Origin: a virus
Lineage: Duplodnaviria; Caudoviricetes
Strand: one strand, 5' to 3'
IMG/VR virus record: IMGVR_UViG_3300047563_000085
Span: 1-54,180 of that record
DNA: 54,180 bases
Shown: piece by piece, positions 38,888 to 48,534 of the stretch
Layout of the letters: each line of letters opens with the position of its first letter
Numbering within the stretch: the first letter of the stretch is position 1
Translations under genes and position numbers: made by a program
Notes under the pieces: model-generated
Seen by the model: only the letters and a program-made list of their open reading frames with translations
What the model was told of the DNA's origin: nothing
Database searches by the model: none

Positions 38888-40058
38888 CGGGTTGGAGCGG
38901 AAAGCCACTGGGTTTAGCCCGTGGTCTGAGCGACTATTCTACTCATATAATATATATACATAAATATATCTATGACTAATCCTATTACTAAAACCCTACA
39001 GCTACGTATCAAAGATAAGCATGATTCTTATCTATCTGCTATGGCGAAAGAAATAAACATAGTCTGGAATTTCATTAACTCCACCTCCACTAAAGCATGG
39101 AAAGATAACCATGACTGGATATCAGCTTATGATTTACAAAAATTAACTGCTGGCTATTCCTCACTAGATGACGTTAAAATAGGTGCTGCCTCAGTCCAAC
39201 AAGTATGCAAAGAACACGAAATAAGACGTAATCAATTCAAGAAATATAAACTCAGGTATAGGTCATCTAATCCCAAATCAGCTAAGAAATCCCTTGGTTG
39301 GATACCATTCAAAACAGGTGGTATCTCATACAAATCAGGTCAAATTAAGTTCTTAGGAAAATATTATAGCCTATGGGATAGCTATGGCTTATCTAGCTAT
39401 ACTTTAAGGTCTGGTTCTTTCACTCAAGATTCAAGAGGTAGGTGGTATATCAATATCACAGTAGAAGTAATACCTACTAAATCAACGGGTACTTCTGTAG
39501 TAGGTATTGATTTAGGTCTAAAAACTACTGCTACTTGTTCCGATGGTAATAAATTAGAAGGTAGGGTATATAGGAAATACGAACCTAAATTAGCTAAAGC
39601 ACAACGAGCTAATAAAAAGAAAGAAGTAAAAAATATACATGCCAAAATAAAGAATACTAGAAAAGATATGTATCATAAATTCACTACCGAGTTAGTGAAA
39701 AATAATGCTGCTATCTATGTAGGCAATGTATCTACTAAGGCGATGATCAAGTTGAGTGCTAAATCAACTTATGATGCGGCTTGGTATCTATTCAAATCGA
39801 TGTTGTTATATAAAAGCCATTGGGCTGGCATCGATTATGAAGTAATAAATGAACAATATACAACCCAAACTTGTTCTAGCTGTGGAGTAATTCCACATAG
39901 CAGTCCGAAAGGTAGAACTGGTTTGAGAATAAGGCGATGGGAATGCTGTGACTGTGGTGTTATGCACGACAGAGATGTAAATTCAGCATTAAACATAGCC
40001 GCGCTCGGACATGGGCGTCTCGTAGGAGGAATCCCCTTAACTAAGGGGTAGATGTCAA
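38888..40058 (+). mobile_element. tnpB-only IS605-group element with IS608-type ends
   Basis: TTAC target at 38884-38887; left end AAAG plus hairpin CCACTGGGTTTAGCCCGTGG; right end GAAT plus hairpin CCCCTTAACTAAGGGG ending GATGTCAA. Confidence 0.85.
38972..40051 (+). CDS. tnpB: TnpB endonuclease (RuvC-II variant)
   Basis: KTLQLRIKDKH, GSFTQDSRGRWYIN, GIDLGLK, INEQYTTQTCSSCG, HDRDVNSA. Confidence 0.93.
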   Translation: MTNPITKTLQLRIKDKHDSYLSAMAKEINIVWNFINSTSTKAWKDNHDWISAYDLQKLTAGYSSLDDVKIGAASVQQVCKEHEIRRNQFKKYKLRYRSSNPKSAKKSLGWIPFKTGGISYKSGQIKFLGKYYSLWDSYGLSSYTLRSGSFTQDSRGRWYINITVEVIPTKSTGTSVVGIDLGLKTTATCSDGNKLEGRVYRKYEPKLAKAQRANKKKEVKNIHAKIKNTRKDMYHKFTTELVKNNAAIYVGNVSTKAMIKLSAKSTYDAAWYLFKSMLLYKSHWAGIDYEVINEQYTTQTCSSCGVIPHSSPKGRTGLRIRRWECCDCGVMHDRDVNSALNIAALGHGRLVGGIPLTKG

Positions 40059-40131
40059 AAATACTCGCTCGTTTAAGTTAGGCATATCCTAATATAGACT
40101 ACAAAGTAGCACTACCAAAAATATAAAATGA

Positions 40132-40162
40132 AAAAAGCCAATGATATTATCATTGGCTTTTT
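40132..40162. terminator. Intrinsic terminator (1-nt centre)
   Basis: AAAAAGCCAATGATA-T-TATCATTGGCTTTTT. Confidence 0.8.
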
Positions 40163-40211
40163 GTTTAATAAATACTTCATAATATTCGCTCAACTTGGAG
40201 ATATACCTATC

Positions 40212-41399
40212 ATGAATTTAAAAGAAGAAATAATAATGTTGGAACAAAACTTTTCCAAATCAATATCAGAGGCTTTATCTGCCGATATGTCAGTTATACC
40301 ATCTATTGTTCCTCCGCAATATGGAGATCAAAAGGCATATGCCAATAAGTCGTTTGATGAAAAGACCAGAGCATTATCTGATATGTTTCGCGCAGGACGT
40401 TATCTACGCAACGCAATTGTCGCCAATGATGATGGTAAAGGTGGAAAACTATTTGAACCTGCTATTAGACAAAGATTGGAAATGCGTATCATGAATGGTT
40501 TTAAACAACTATATAAACTTATTGACGAACTTACTAAGGAAGTCGAACAAGAAGAAGGAAAAGCCACTGTAGATATGCGCAAATCAATTCGCAAAAATAC
40601 AGAAGTTCAATCTAGAAAATATGTAGCGGCGAACGACTCATATGGTAATGATACTAACACCAAGGAAACAGTAACCGAAGCATATTTCAATCAAGACATG
40701 AAAAAAGAAATGGAACCAGAGATTAAAAAGCTTATGGCTAAGTATGGTCTGGATGGCAGACTAGGCGTTCGACATAATTCTACGGTGGTTCTAAATGTTA
40801 GAAAGGGCAATATAGATTTTGAAAACGATTATGATACCGAAAAGGTGTGGAACGGAAATAAAACTAACCCATGGGGCGGATATCTGCAGGTTTCCAAATA
40901 TCATATCGATTCTACTTGGAAGAAAGGTTCTAAAGCGCAAAAATTCCTTGAAGAAGCATATGCGATACTTGATAAAAATAACTATGACCGTAGTGATTCC
41001 CAAAGAGATCATTTTGATGTCGGACATCACACCGATGTAAATATTGGAGCATGGAACAAACCATATGTATATACTGGTGTTAAGAAATCCACCGTAGCAA
41101 AACCCATAGCTAAAAAATCAACCAAACCACAAGACAAATTTCTATTGATGATTGCCGACAAGTTTGGCGAACTATCGGAATATCTAGAAGATTCTATCAA
41201 AGACACTTTCCTTGACGAAGTGCATACTAAGGTAGAACAGAATCAGTATATTGCAATAGCTACATTGATCAATGAAGTCGAACATTGTGCGGACGTTAAT
41301 GAATTCTATAATCATTTAGAAAAAGAAAATAAAACTCTTGCTAATACACTAGATGAACAGACCATGAATATGGTAATTGGTTTGGCTAAGAAGCTATAA
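40212..41399 (+). CDS. Multidomain late protein with probable LPD29-like polyvalent-protein domain
   Basis: NYDRSDSQRDHFDVGHH..VNIG.W.KPY resembles LPD29 (from memory). Start after GGAG, TAAATA at 40169. Confidence 0.65.
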   Translation: MNLKEEIIMLEQNFSKSISEALSADMSVIPSIVPPQYGDQKAYANKSFDEKTRALSDMFRAGRYLRNAIVANDDGKGGKLFEPAIRQRLEMRIMNGFKQLYKLIDELTKEVEQEEGKATVDMRKSIRKNTEVQSRKYVAANDSYGNDTNTKETVTEAYFNQDMKKEMEPEIKKLMAKYGLDGRLGVRHNSTVVLNVRKGNIDFENDYDTEKVWNGNKTNPWGGYLQVSKYHIDSTWKKGSKAQKFLEEAYAILDKNNYDRSDSQRDHFDVGHHTDVNIGAWNKPYVYTGVKKSTVAKPIAKKSTKPQDKFLLMIADKFGELSEYLEDSIKDTFLDEVHTKVEQNQYIAIATLINEVEHCADVNEFYNHLEKENKTLANTLDEQTMNMVIGLAKKL

Positions 41400-41554
41400 T
41401 GGCTTATTATCCATATAGTGTTATGGATGGAAAAACTGTTGAAGAAATAATACAGTTTTTCCAAACACAACCAAAAGATAACATTGTGGAAACACACAAT
41501 AATACATTTGAAGTAATCGATCTGAATGAACTGGAAGGTTCTTTTGGGTTTTGA
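41399..41554 (+). CDS. Hypothetical 51-aa protein
   Basis: Manual read MAYYPYSVMDG...GSFGF*; TAATG overlap with the upstream stop. Confidence 0.5.
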   Translation: MAYYPYSVMDGKTVEEIIQFFQTQPKDNIVETHNNTFEVIDLNELEGSFGF

Positions 41555-41566
41555 AAAAGGAATAAT

Positions 41567-43003
41567 ATGAAAACAATAAAAAGTAAAACCAAAAAAGTAG
41601 TAAATGAAATCAAAATGTCAGTGCCTTCGCTTTAAGCGAAGGCACTGACCACTGGCGCCAAGGTAGGTATCGAATTCGAGCTAATATCCAGAAGTATGAT
41701 TTTTCAGGTAGAACCAGATGAATACGACGAAAGTAACTGGTCCACCGAAATCAATTATTCGGACATGAATTCGATAACCAGTATGTCTGGTGTAGAGGAA
41801 TGTTTTGACCTTACTAGGTCAGAACAATCTAGATTGGAATCTAGAATAGAAAAGTGGATAGACAGTAACAAAGACGAAAAAGTTTATGATTTTTTAAAAA
41901 CACTAGACTTCGATGTATTTTTTGAAAAAGCCAAAGAACTATCCATATACGACGACGATAATGACGATAATGAAGATATAATACATCAAGCCAAGAAAGA
42001 TTTTAGTAATGAAACCGGCGGCTATCATGAATTGGCCGAGGCGATAAAAGACGACGATAATGAGTTCTATAAACAGCTTGACGAATGGCCTCCGGGCGAA
42101 AGTGATTTTTTTGAAGAAATATGCAATAATGACGCCAGGGAATTGCACGAGGAATATCCAGATTTTGCAGTAAACGATAATTTTGTAGAACGGACATGGG
42201 AACCTCAAACCTCCGGTGAGAATGATTATAGTGAAGTATATAGAGCCTTGCGGAGATACGTTAATGGTGCCTCTGCGTGGGTGATAGAAGAGGATGGTAG
42301 TCTAGGCGAGAATGGTGTTGAAATAATATCTCCTCCTATAGATATTGCGGATATCGAATCGACTATAGAGGATATGCGAACCTTTGCCGAAGATGAAGAT
42401 TTCACGACTAATGATGATTGTGGATTGCATATCAACGTATCTGTACCAAATTTCTCCCATAGCAATTTAGATTATCTCAAGTTATGTCTATTAGTAGGAG
42501 ATCAACACGTATTGGAAAAGTTTGGTAGAGACACGAACACGTATTGCAAATCCTCTCTTGGAAAGATCCGTGATGTATTTTCGGCCGACTATATAGGACA
42601 ATTTGCAAAGTCTAAAATTATAGACCATCTACATAATACTCTAAGCACGCAATCCGCTATTAAATTTTCTGACCTACGCACCCTTGCATTTGGAATAACT
42701 GCAAAATATTCATCTATTGGGATTAAAGATAATCGGATTGAATTCCGCTCAGTAGGTGGAGACTGGCTATCGAGAGATCCGACCGATGTATTGGAAATGG
42801 TATATAGATTCACATATTGCTTATATGCGGCATGCAATCCACAAGTAGAAAAGAAAGAATATGCTAAGAAACTATATAAGTTTTTAGGACAATTCTCTTC
42901 GGATACTTCTGCGCCCATGTTATCTAGTTTGGTGATATCTGGGGAGATGAACGCAAAGGAAGCAATTGCGAAAATAAAAGCAAAATCTAGCATAACTACG
43001 TAA
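41567..43003 (+). CDS. Putative amidoligase (COOH-NH2 ligase), copy 1, with in-frame TAA at codon 23
   Basis: AAGGA RBS and ATG at 41567; GIEFEL, EEDGSL, GVEIISPP, CGLHINVS, KYSSI, IEFRS motifs; TAA at 41633-41635. Confidence 0.8.
41617..41649. repeat. Perfect 16-bp inverted repeat with 1-nt centre (T of the TAA)
   Basis: GTCAGTGCCTTCGCTT-T-AAGCGAAGGCACTGAC. Confidence 0.95.
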
Positions 43004-43018
43004 TAAAAAAGGAATAAT

Positions 43019-44434
43019 ATGAAAACAAGAAAATCAAAGTCTCACAAAACTACATTAAGTGAAATCAAAATGTCAGTGCCTTCGCTTTAAGCGAAGGCAC
43101 TGACCACTGGCGCCAAGGTAGGTATCGAGTTCGAGCTGATCTCCGGTCGTATGACATTTGTGAATGACGAACCAGACCCAGATGATGATTCTAATTATAC
43201 AGAACAACCACAATATCACCGTATGTCTTTAGAAAGTATGGATGATGTATCCACTTATTTTGAATTAACTAGAAATCAAGCAAGACAACTCCAATTCCGA
43301 TTGGACGATTGGCTAAAAACTGATAGGAGATTTGGAATTGCTGCGCTTTTAAAGTTTGATGAATATTTTGAAGTTGGGCAATACCTTGATCTATATACCG
43401 AAGATGATAGTGAAATTGCTGAAGCCGACCTCGATGAGGGAGATAAAAACAAAAACTATAATCTCGTCTTCGATCATCTCATGGAAGATAATGACGATTA
43501 TGAGCAATATGTTGGCAATTTGCCAACCGAAGACGGATTTTTTCATGTTGAATACAGATCGGACCCAGAACAATTTCACGACGAAATGGGATGCAGTGTT
43601 AAATCTGAGTATATAGAGCTAGAGCGGATGGACGATCATCAGTATAGTTCTACACCAAACTACTCTGAATTATATGGGGTATTTTATAAGTATATCGATG
43701 AGCGTGGATGGACTATCGAACCAGATGGGTCACTTGGCGTCGAAGGGGTAGAAATAATATCCCCACCTATAGATATTGCGGATATCGAATCGACTATAGT
43801 CAAAATGCGAGATTTCGCAGAACAAGAAGATTTCACGACCAATGATAATTGTGGCTTACATATCAATGTCTCTGTTCCTAATTTCTCACATGATAATCTA
43901 GACTATCTAAAACTATGTCTACTGGTTGGCGATCAACACGTATTGGAAAAGTTTGGTAGAGACACGAACAAATATTGTAGATCATCATTGGATAAAACAA
44001 AAGCCGCATTTTCTCAAAATTCAACTGATGCAAAAACAGAACTTACCACTAGAATAGCACGACATCTACAATCAACATTAGAGGCCCAAGCCACTATTAA
44101 GTTTGGGATTCTTACAAGATTGGTTGGTGGCTTAACTAACAAATATTCATCTATTGGTATTAAAGATAATCGGATTGAATTCCGCTCAGTAGGTGGAGAC
44201 TGGCTATCGAGAGATCCTAATGATGTATTAGAAATGGTATATCGTTTCACATATTGTTTATATGCTGCATGCAATCCACAAGTAGAAAAGAAAGAATATG
44301 CGAAAAAACTATATAAGTTCCTACAAGCACAAACAGAAGAGAAGACTGCGCCCATGTTATCTAGTTTAGTGATATCTGGGGAGATGAACGCAAAGGAAGC
44401 ACTTGCGAAAATAAAAGCAAAATCTGTGGCGTAA
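43019..44434 (+). CDS. Putative amidoligase, copy 2, with in-frame TAA at codon 24
   Basis: Same RBS and motif set as copy 1; TAA at 43088-43090. Confidence 0.8.
43072..43104. repeat. Second identical 33-nt inverted repeat
   Basis: GTCAGTGCCTTCGCTT-T-AAGCGAAGGCACTGAC. Confidence 0.95.
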
Positions 44435-44519
44435 CAATATTTTACAATTTCACAACAACTTTTTAGTTGTGTTTTCTCAATTTCTGTACTACAATTCATC
44501 CATTGAATCAACAACCCGG

Positions 44520-44705
44520 ATGTTACCACAAATGCTCAAATCGAAAACCACCTACAAAGTCGTTGTGCAGTCTCTCTTTGGAAACAACAAGGAATTCGCC
44601 TATGATTCCGAAACCGATGCCCTGTATCGGTACTGCCGCACAAAGACCCCTTGGTTTGGTAGTGTGAAAATGTTCCGAAACAATGAAGTGAAAATGAAGA
44701 AGTAA
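44520..44705 (+). CDS. Hypothetical small protein (start uncertain)
   Basis: Open frame followed by a terminator. Confidence 0.55.
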   Translation: MLPQMLKSKTTYKVVVQSLFGNNKEFAYDSETDALYRYCRTKTPWFGSVKMFRNNEVKMKK

Positions 44706-44728
44706 ACAAACCTCATTTCTGGGTTTGT

Positions 44729-44764
44729 ATAGAAAAAGGACACCCGAGGGTGTCCTTTTTCTAT
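44729..44764. terminator. Bidirectional terminator
   Basis: ATAGAAAAAGGACACC-CGAG-GGTGTCCTTTTTCTAT. Confidence 0.8.
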
Positions 44765-44800
44765 TATCAATCAATTCTTAAGAATTAGATTCTTATCGAA

Positions 44801-46639
44801 TTATAGATATTCAACAACAACAGTACCAGCACCAACAGTAGCGCCCGCAACGAATACCTTGATATCAGTTGGAGTAGCGTATAGCTTGCCGATTTCTACA
44901 GTGTAGATACCAGCGGCTTCTGCATCTAGGTCAGCGTTAGCAACTAGGTCAGCGGCGGCACCAGTGATACCAACAGTAACAGTAGCGCCAGCAGTGTAGG
45001 CAGAACCAACATATACCTTGATGCGATGTACGAAACCAGTTACTGAACCAACTAGAGTTTCAGCAGCAGTACCGAAAGCCTTGTAAACAGCGTGAGCTAG
45101 GTTAGGAATGGTAACAGCAGCGATAGCAGTGTCAACATATGACTTGTTGGCAGCATCGGAACCGGCAACTGGAGCCCCAACGTTGTTGATAGTAGCACCA
45201 TTTACGTCTAGAGCACCACCAGCTACGCTGATTTGTGTACCAGAAATAGTGACTGAACCAACAGTTAGAGCAGTACCGTCAGTGCTTAGTGAAACGTTAG
45301 CAGCAGACTTTAGAAGACCAGTAGCATCAGCAAAAACAAGCTTCTGTGCAGTTAGACCCTTATCATAGATGTTGGCGAATGATGAAGCACCATTAGCGTC
45401 ACGGGCTACGATAGTAGAAGCAGTTTCAGCAGCAGTAGAATCAAGAGTTAGTGTCTCGGTGCCTTGGACATAGGAAAGACCTAGACCAACAACATTTAGA
45501 GCAGTTTTCTTGGCTTCTAGAATGTCTAGACGACCATCAATGGCGACTTCAGCAGCAGTTGCACGAGTTACTCCAGCAGCTAGGTCAGTAGCTAGACCAG
45601 CAATCTGAGTAGTATGGGTGCCAACAGTAGTCTGAAGGGTAGTAACTGAAGTTTGAAGAGCAGTAACCGAAGTCTGTAGGGCGGCTTCAGCAGCAGTTGC
45701 ACGAGTTACTTCAGCAGCTAGGTCAGTAGTTAGACCAGCGATCTGAGTAGTGTGAGTAGCTACAGTAGTTTGAAGAGCAGTAACAGAAGTCTGTAGCGCG
45801 GCTTCGGCAGCAGTGGCGCGAGTCACTTCGGCAGCAGTAGCACGAGTTGTTTCTACAGCGATAGCAGTAGTCATTTGACCAACAGTAGCAGCGTCAGTAG
45901 CAACTACGCCATCAGCAACGCCAGTGATCTTAGCACCAGACATTTGGACTTCGCCTGAACCGTTTGGATCAAGGATGATTGGACCATTGGTGTTGGTTGA
46001 AGAAATGGTGTTACCGTCGATAGTGATGTTACCGAAAACATTACCAGCAGCAGCAATTAGTTCACCATTAGCGCCGACCTTTACAGTCTTGCCGGCTTCA
46101 GCAGCAGCAAAAGCAGTAACAGTACCGGAAACAGTTACATTACCACCAACGTTTAGCCCGACTAGAGTGCCGACGGAAGTTAGTGAAGAATTGACTACGG
46201 CGCCACCTAGAGTGGTGCTTGATAGTACGTCAACGCCATTGATGCGATAAGCCTTGCCTAGGGCTAGGTCTAGGGATTCAGATGACTTCCACTCACCACC
46301 ACCAGCAGCATCCCAAAGTAGGGTCTTGTCGGTAGTACCCATTAGGGTTATACCACCACCAGCAGCAGTAGTATCAGTGGCAGTACCACTTGATAGTACG
46401 CCTAGCTGAATGTTCTTGTCTTCTACTTTGATGATTTCTGTTTGTAGTTCGGTAGTGCCACCTTGAACGGTTAGGTCACCAGAAACTACTAGGTTCTTAG
46501 CCTTTATGTCAACGAAATCGTTGTCTTGTGCGTTACGGAAATGGAAGGCTGAACCATTCATTACAACGCGGGAACCATTCTTGCCAAATTGTACGTCATT
46601 ACCAACGCCAACGATACCAAAGTTCTTAATATTACTCAT
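44801..46639 (-). CDS. Fibre-like virion protein with coiled-coil AEVTRATAAE repeats
   Basis: GDLTVQG.T.....I.VEDK, DAATVGQ and DAANKSYVD neck-like motifs; codon usage like the capsid gene; minus-strand TAAATA at 46698-46703. Confidence 0.8.
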   Translation of the reverse strand: MSNIKNFGIVGVGNDVQFGKNGSRVVMNGSAFHFRNAQDNDFVDIKAKNLVVSGDLTVQGGTTELQTEIIKVEDKNIQLGVLSSGTATDTTAAGGGITLMGTTDKTLLWDAAGGGEWKSSESLDLALGKAYRINGVDVLSSTTLGGAVVNSSLTSVGTLVGLNVGGNVTVSGTVTAFAAAEAGKTVKVGANGELIAAAGNVFGNITIDGNTISSTNTNGPIILDPNGSGEVQMSGAKITGVADGVVATDAATVGQMTTAIAVETTRATAAEVTRATAAEAALQTSVTALQTTVATHTTQIAGLTTDLAAEVTRATAAEAALQTSVTALQTSVTTLQTTVGTHTTQIAGLATDLAAGVTRATAAEVAIDGRLDILEAKKTALNVVGLGLSYVQGTETLTLDSTAAETASTIVARDANGASSFANIYDKGLTAQKLVFADATGLLKSAANVSLSTDGTALTVGSVTISGTQISVAGGALDVNGATINNVGAPVAGSDAANKSYVDTAIAAVTIPNLAHAVYKAFGTAAETLVGSVTGFVHRIKVYVGSAYTAGATVTVGITGAAADLVANADLDAEAAGIYTVEIGKLYATPTDIKVFVAGATVGAGTVVVEYL

Positions 46640-46738
46640 ATTTTATGACCTCTATATTAGATTTCAATTGCAACCACACTGTGTGGTTGCATACTACTAT
46701 TTATGGTTAACCGCCATTAAAATAAACCCACCATTATT

Positions 46739-47323
46739 ATGCAAAAAATAAAATACATTGCTGGTGGCGACACACTTATATTAAACAGTGATGGCGCCCC
46801 AATATCAATAATACCGAATCTTTCCACATTATCTTGGGACGATGCCATTATGAAAGTGATGTCTGGCAAGGTAGATGTTCTGGCGACATACGACCAAGTA
46901 GTTCGTTCAGAAAATACAGAAATGAATATACCTGCTGTGGTAATATCTAGAAAATGGTGTGCGAATCCAAGAACAATTAGTTTTTGTCCAAAATTTGTTT
47001 TTCTTAGAGATGAATACCAATGTCAATATTGTGGAAATATATTCCACCCAGACCTATTGACTATGGATCATTACATACCGAAATTGAACGGTGGTCCGAA
47101 AACTTTTGACAATATAGTTTCTGCATGTGCTCCTTGCAATTCTAAAAAAGGACACCAACTACAACAACCACTAAATAAACCATACACCCCGACATATTAT
47201 GACTTGGTGAACAAACGAAGAAAAAATCCAATTATAGTAAATCATGATTCTTGGAATTTTTATTTGGGATGGAATGCCTCGCTAGTTAAAATCCAGAATT
47301 GGGTTTGCCAAACCAAGTATTGA
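46739..47323 (+). CDS. HNH endonuclease (McrA-like)
   Basis: VFLRDEYQCQYCG, TMDHYIP..GG...FDNIVSACAPCNSKKG. Confidence 0.9.
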   Translation: MQKIKYIAGGDTLILNSDGAPISIIPNLSTLSWDDAIMKVMSGKVDVLATYDQVVRSENTEMNIPAVVISRKWCANPRTISFCPKFVFLRDEYQCQYCGNIFHPDLLTMDHYIPKLNGGPKTFDNIVSACAPCNSKKGHQLQQPLNKPYTPTYYDLVNKRRKNPIIVNHDSWNFYLGWNASLVKIQNWVCQTKY

Positions 47324-47357
47324 ATATGTTCACTAAGAATTGGAAAACATATCTTAG

Positions 47358-47457
47358 AGTTTTGACATAAAAGCAAAATACTCTTACAATTCATTTATCA
47401 AATCAACAAACCCTTTTAACCTATAAGGACTAATAAAATTATGACTGAACAAGTTAC
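47358..47457 (+). repeat. ~100-bp promoter/RBS/start cassette, copy 2
   Basis: TTGACA-17-TACAAT; near-identical to 33013-33111. Confidence 0.9.
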
Positions 47458-47761
47458 CTCAACCGAAACCCAAACCGAAACTGTCGCTACTGCTACACTT
47501 TCCCATGCCGACCTACAAAATGCGGTTGCGATTATCGATCATGCTGCAAAAGAAGGCGCATTCAAGGGCTGGGGCGATATGTATGCTGCCCGTGTAGTTC
47601 GCGACAAGCTATTCGCCTTTGTAGAAGCCAATCGTCCTGCTGTAGAGACCGCAACTGCTGCCGAAGCAGAAGCCGCAGCAAAGGCTGAAAATGATGCCGT
47701 AGTTGCGGAAGTTGGCCCATCGGCATCAAAGGGCAAGCTCAAGACTGTCCGTAAGGGCTAA
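47441..47761 (+). CDS. Hypothetical protein (MTEQVT start)
   Basis: Strong promoter and RBS; LS..DL.NAV.IID.A...GAF pattern. Confidence 0.85.
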   Translation: MTEQVTSTETQTETVATATLSHADLQNAVAIIDHAAKEGAFKGWGDMYAARVVRDKLFAFVEANRPAVETATAAEAEAAAKAENDAVVAEVGPSASKGKLKTVRKG

Positions 47762-47767
47762 GTAAAC

Positions 47768-47795
47768 TAGGATTGGGGTATATACCCCAATCCTA
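47768..47795. terminator. Perfect palindrome after the stop codon
   Basis: TAGGATTGGGGTAT|ATACCCCAATCCTA; weak U-tract. Confidence 0.6.
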
Positions 47796-47838
47796 AACTC
47801 ATTTAAATAATCAACCAATATAATCGAGAAATACAATT

Positions 47839-48438
47839 ATGCGAATCAACAAACATTATGGCCGCCTAGTAAGTACACAATCACCAGTCGTTGTTCTATT
47901 CATGGAACTAGCGGATGAACCAGACAATTGTCTATATGTGGATTGGAATATTATCAACACCGCATTCCAATCAGAACTTGCACAAATAGCAACTAGTGAT
48001 CAAGGCCAAGCAGCATATGATCTTGGTCCTATCCTAGCTAATGTCAAGATGGATCAAAACAAGAATCTACTTCAGGTTCTTCATGAACATCGACTAATTA
48101 GTAAGACTAGTCATGTTAATGTGGAAATGCAAAGTTCATATGACACCTACATGAATCTGGCTACTATAGTTTCTGCAGTCCGCGACATCCGGAATACAGA
48201 ACAAGCAGAAACTAAGGTAGAAGCAAACGTAGAATACAAAGTTGTTACTGCCCCAACTTCAACCGTAACTAACGTAGAAGCGGGTACTCCATTCCGCGAA
48301 CCAGTTGTACAAACTCAAAACGTTGTACACCTTGAGCAAAAAGTAGAAGCAATGGCCGATCAAATGGCGCAAATGCAAGCTATGATGGCTCAACTAGTGA
48401 ATACACTAACTGCACCAAAAACTGTAGTAAGTGAATAA
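47839..48438 (+). CDS. Hypothetical protein
   Basis: 199-aa ORF; TAAATA at 47804. Confidence 0.8.
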   Translation: MRINKHYGRLVSTQSPVVVLFMELADEPDNCLYVDWNIINTAFQSELAQIATSDQGQAAYDLGPILANVKMDQNKNLLQVLHEHRLISKTSHVNVEMQSSYDTYMNLATIVSAVRDIRNTEQAETKVEANVEYKVVTAPTSTVTNVEAGTPFREPVVQTQNVVHLEQKVEAMADQMAQMQAMMAQLVNTLTAPKTVVSE

Positions 48439-48441
48439 ATG

Positions 48442-48475
48442 AAAAACAGGACAGAAATATTTCTGTCCTGTTTTT
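48442..48475. terminator. Terminator (perfect palindrome)
   Basis: AAAAACAGGACAGAAAT|ATTTCTGTCCTGTTTTT. Confidence 0.85.
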
Positions 48476-48534
48476 TTATTATAGGTCTTATACCTAACTA
48501 AGATCTATAATCCACACTTATTGGAGCAACAATC

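Noticed and set aside
40128-40211. N-terminal extensions in the ORF track (also 16759, 34869, 5559)
   Set aside because: Better RBS-backed starts lie downstream; the 40128 and 34869 extensions also run through terminator or promoter sequence.
41633-43090. Genome-wide TAA reassignment explaining the in-frame stops
   Set aside because: TAA terminates most clear genes here, including portal, protease and capsid.
41567-44434. Diversity-generating retroelement template/variable pair
   Set aside because: No reverse transcriptase seen, both copies are full genes, and differences are not adenine-specific.
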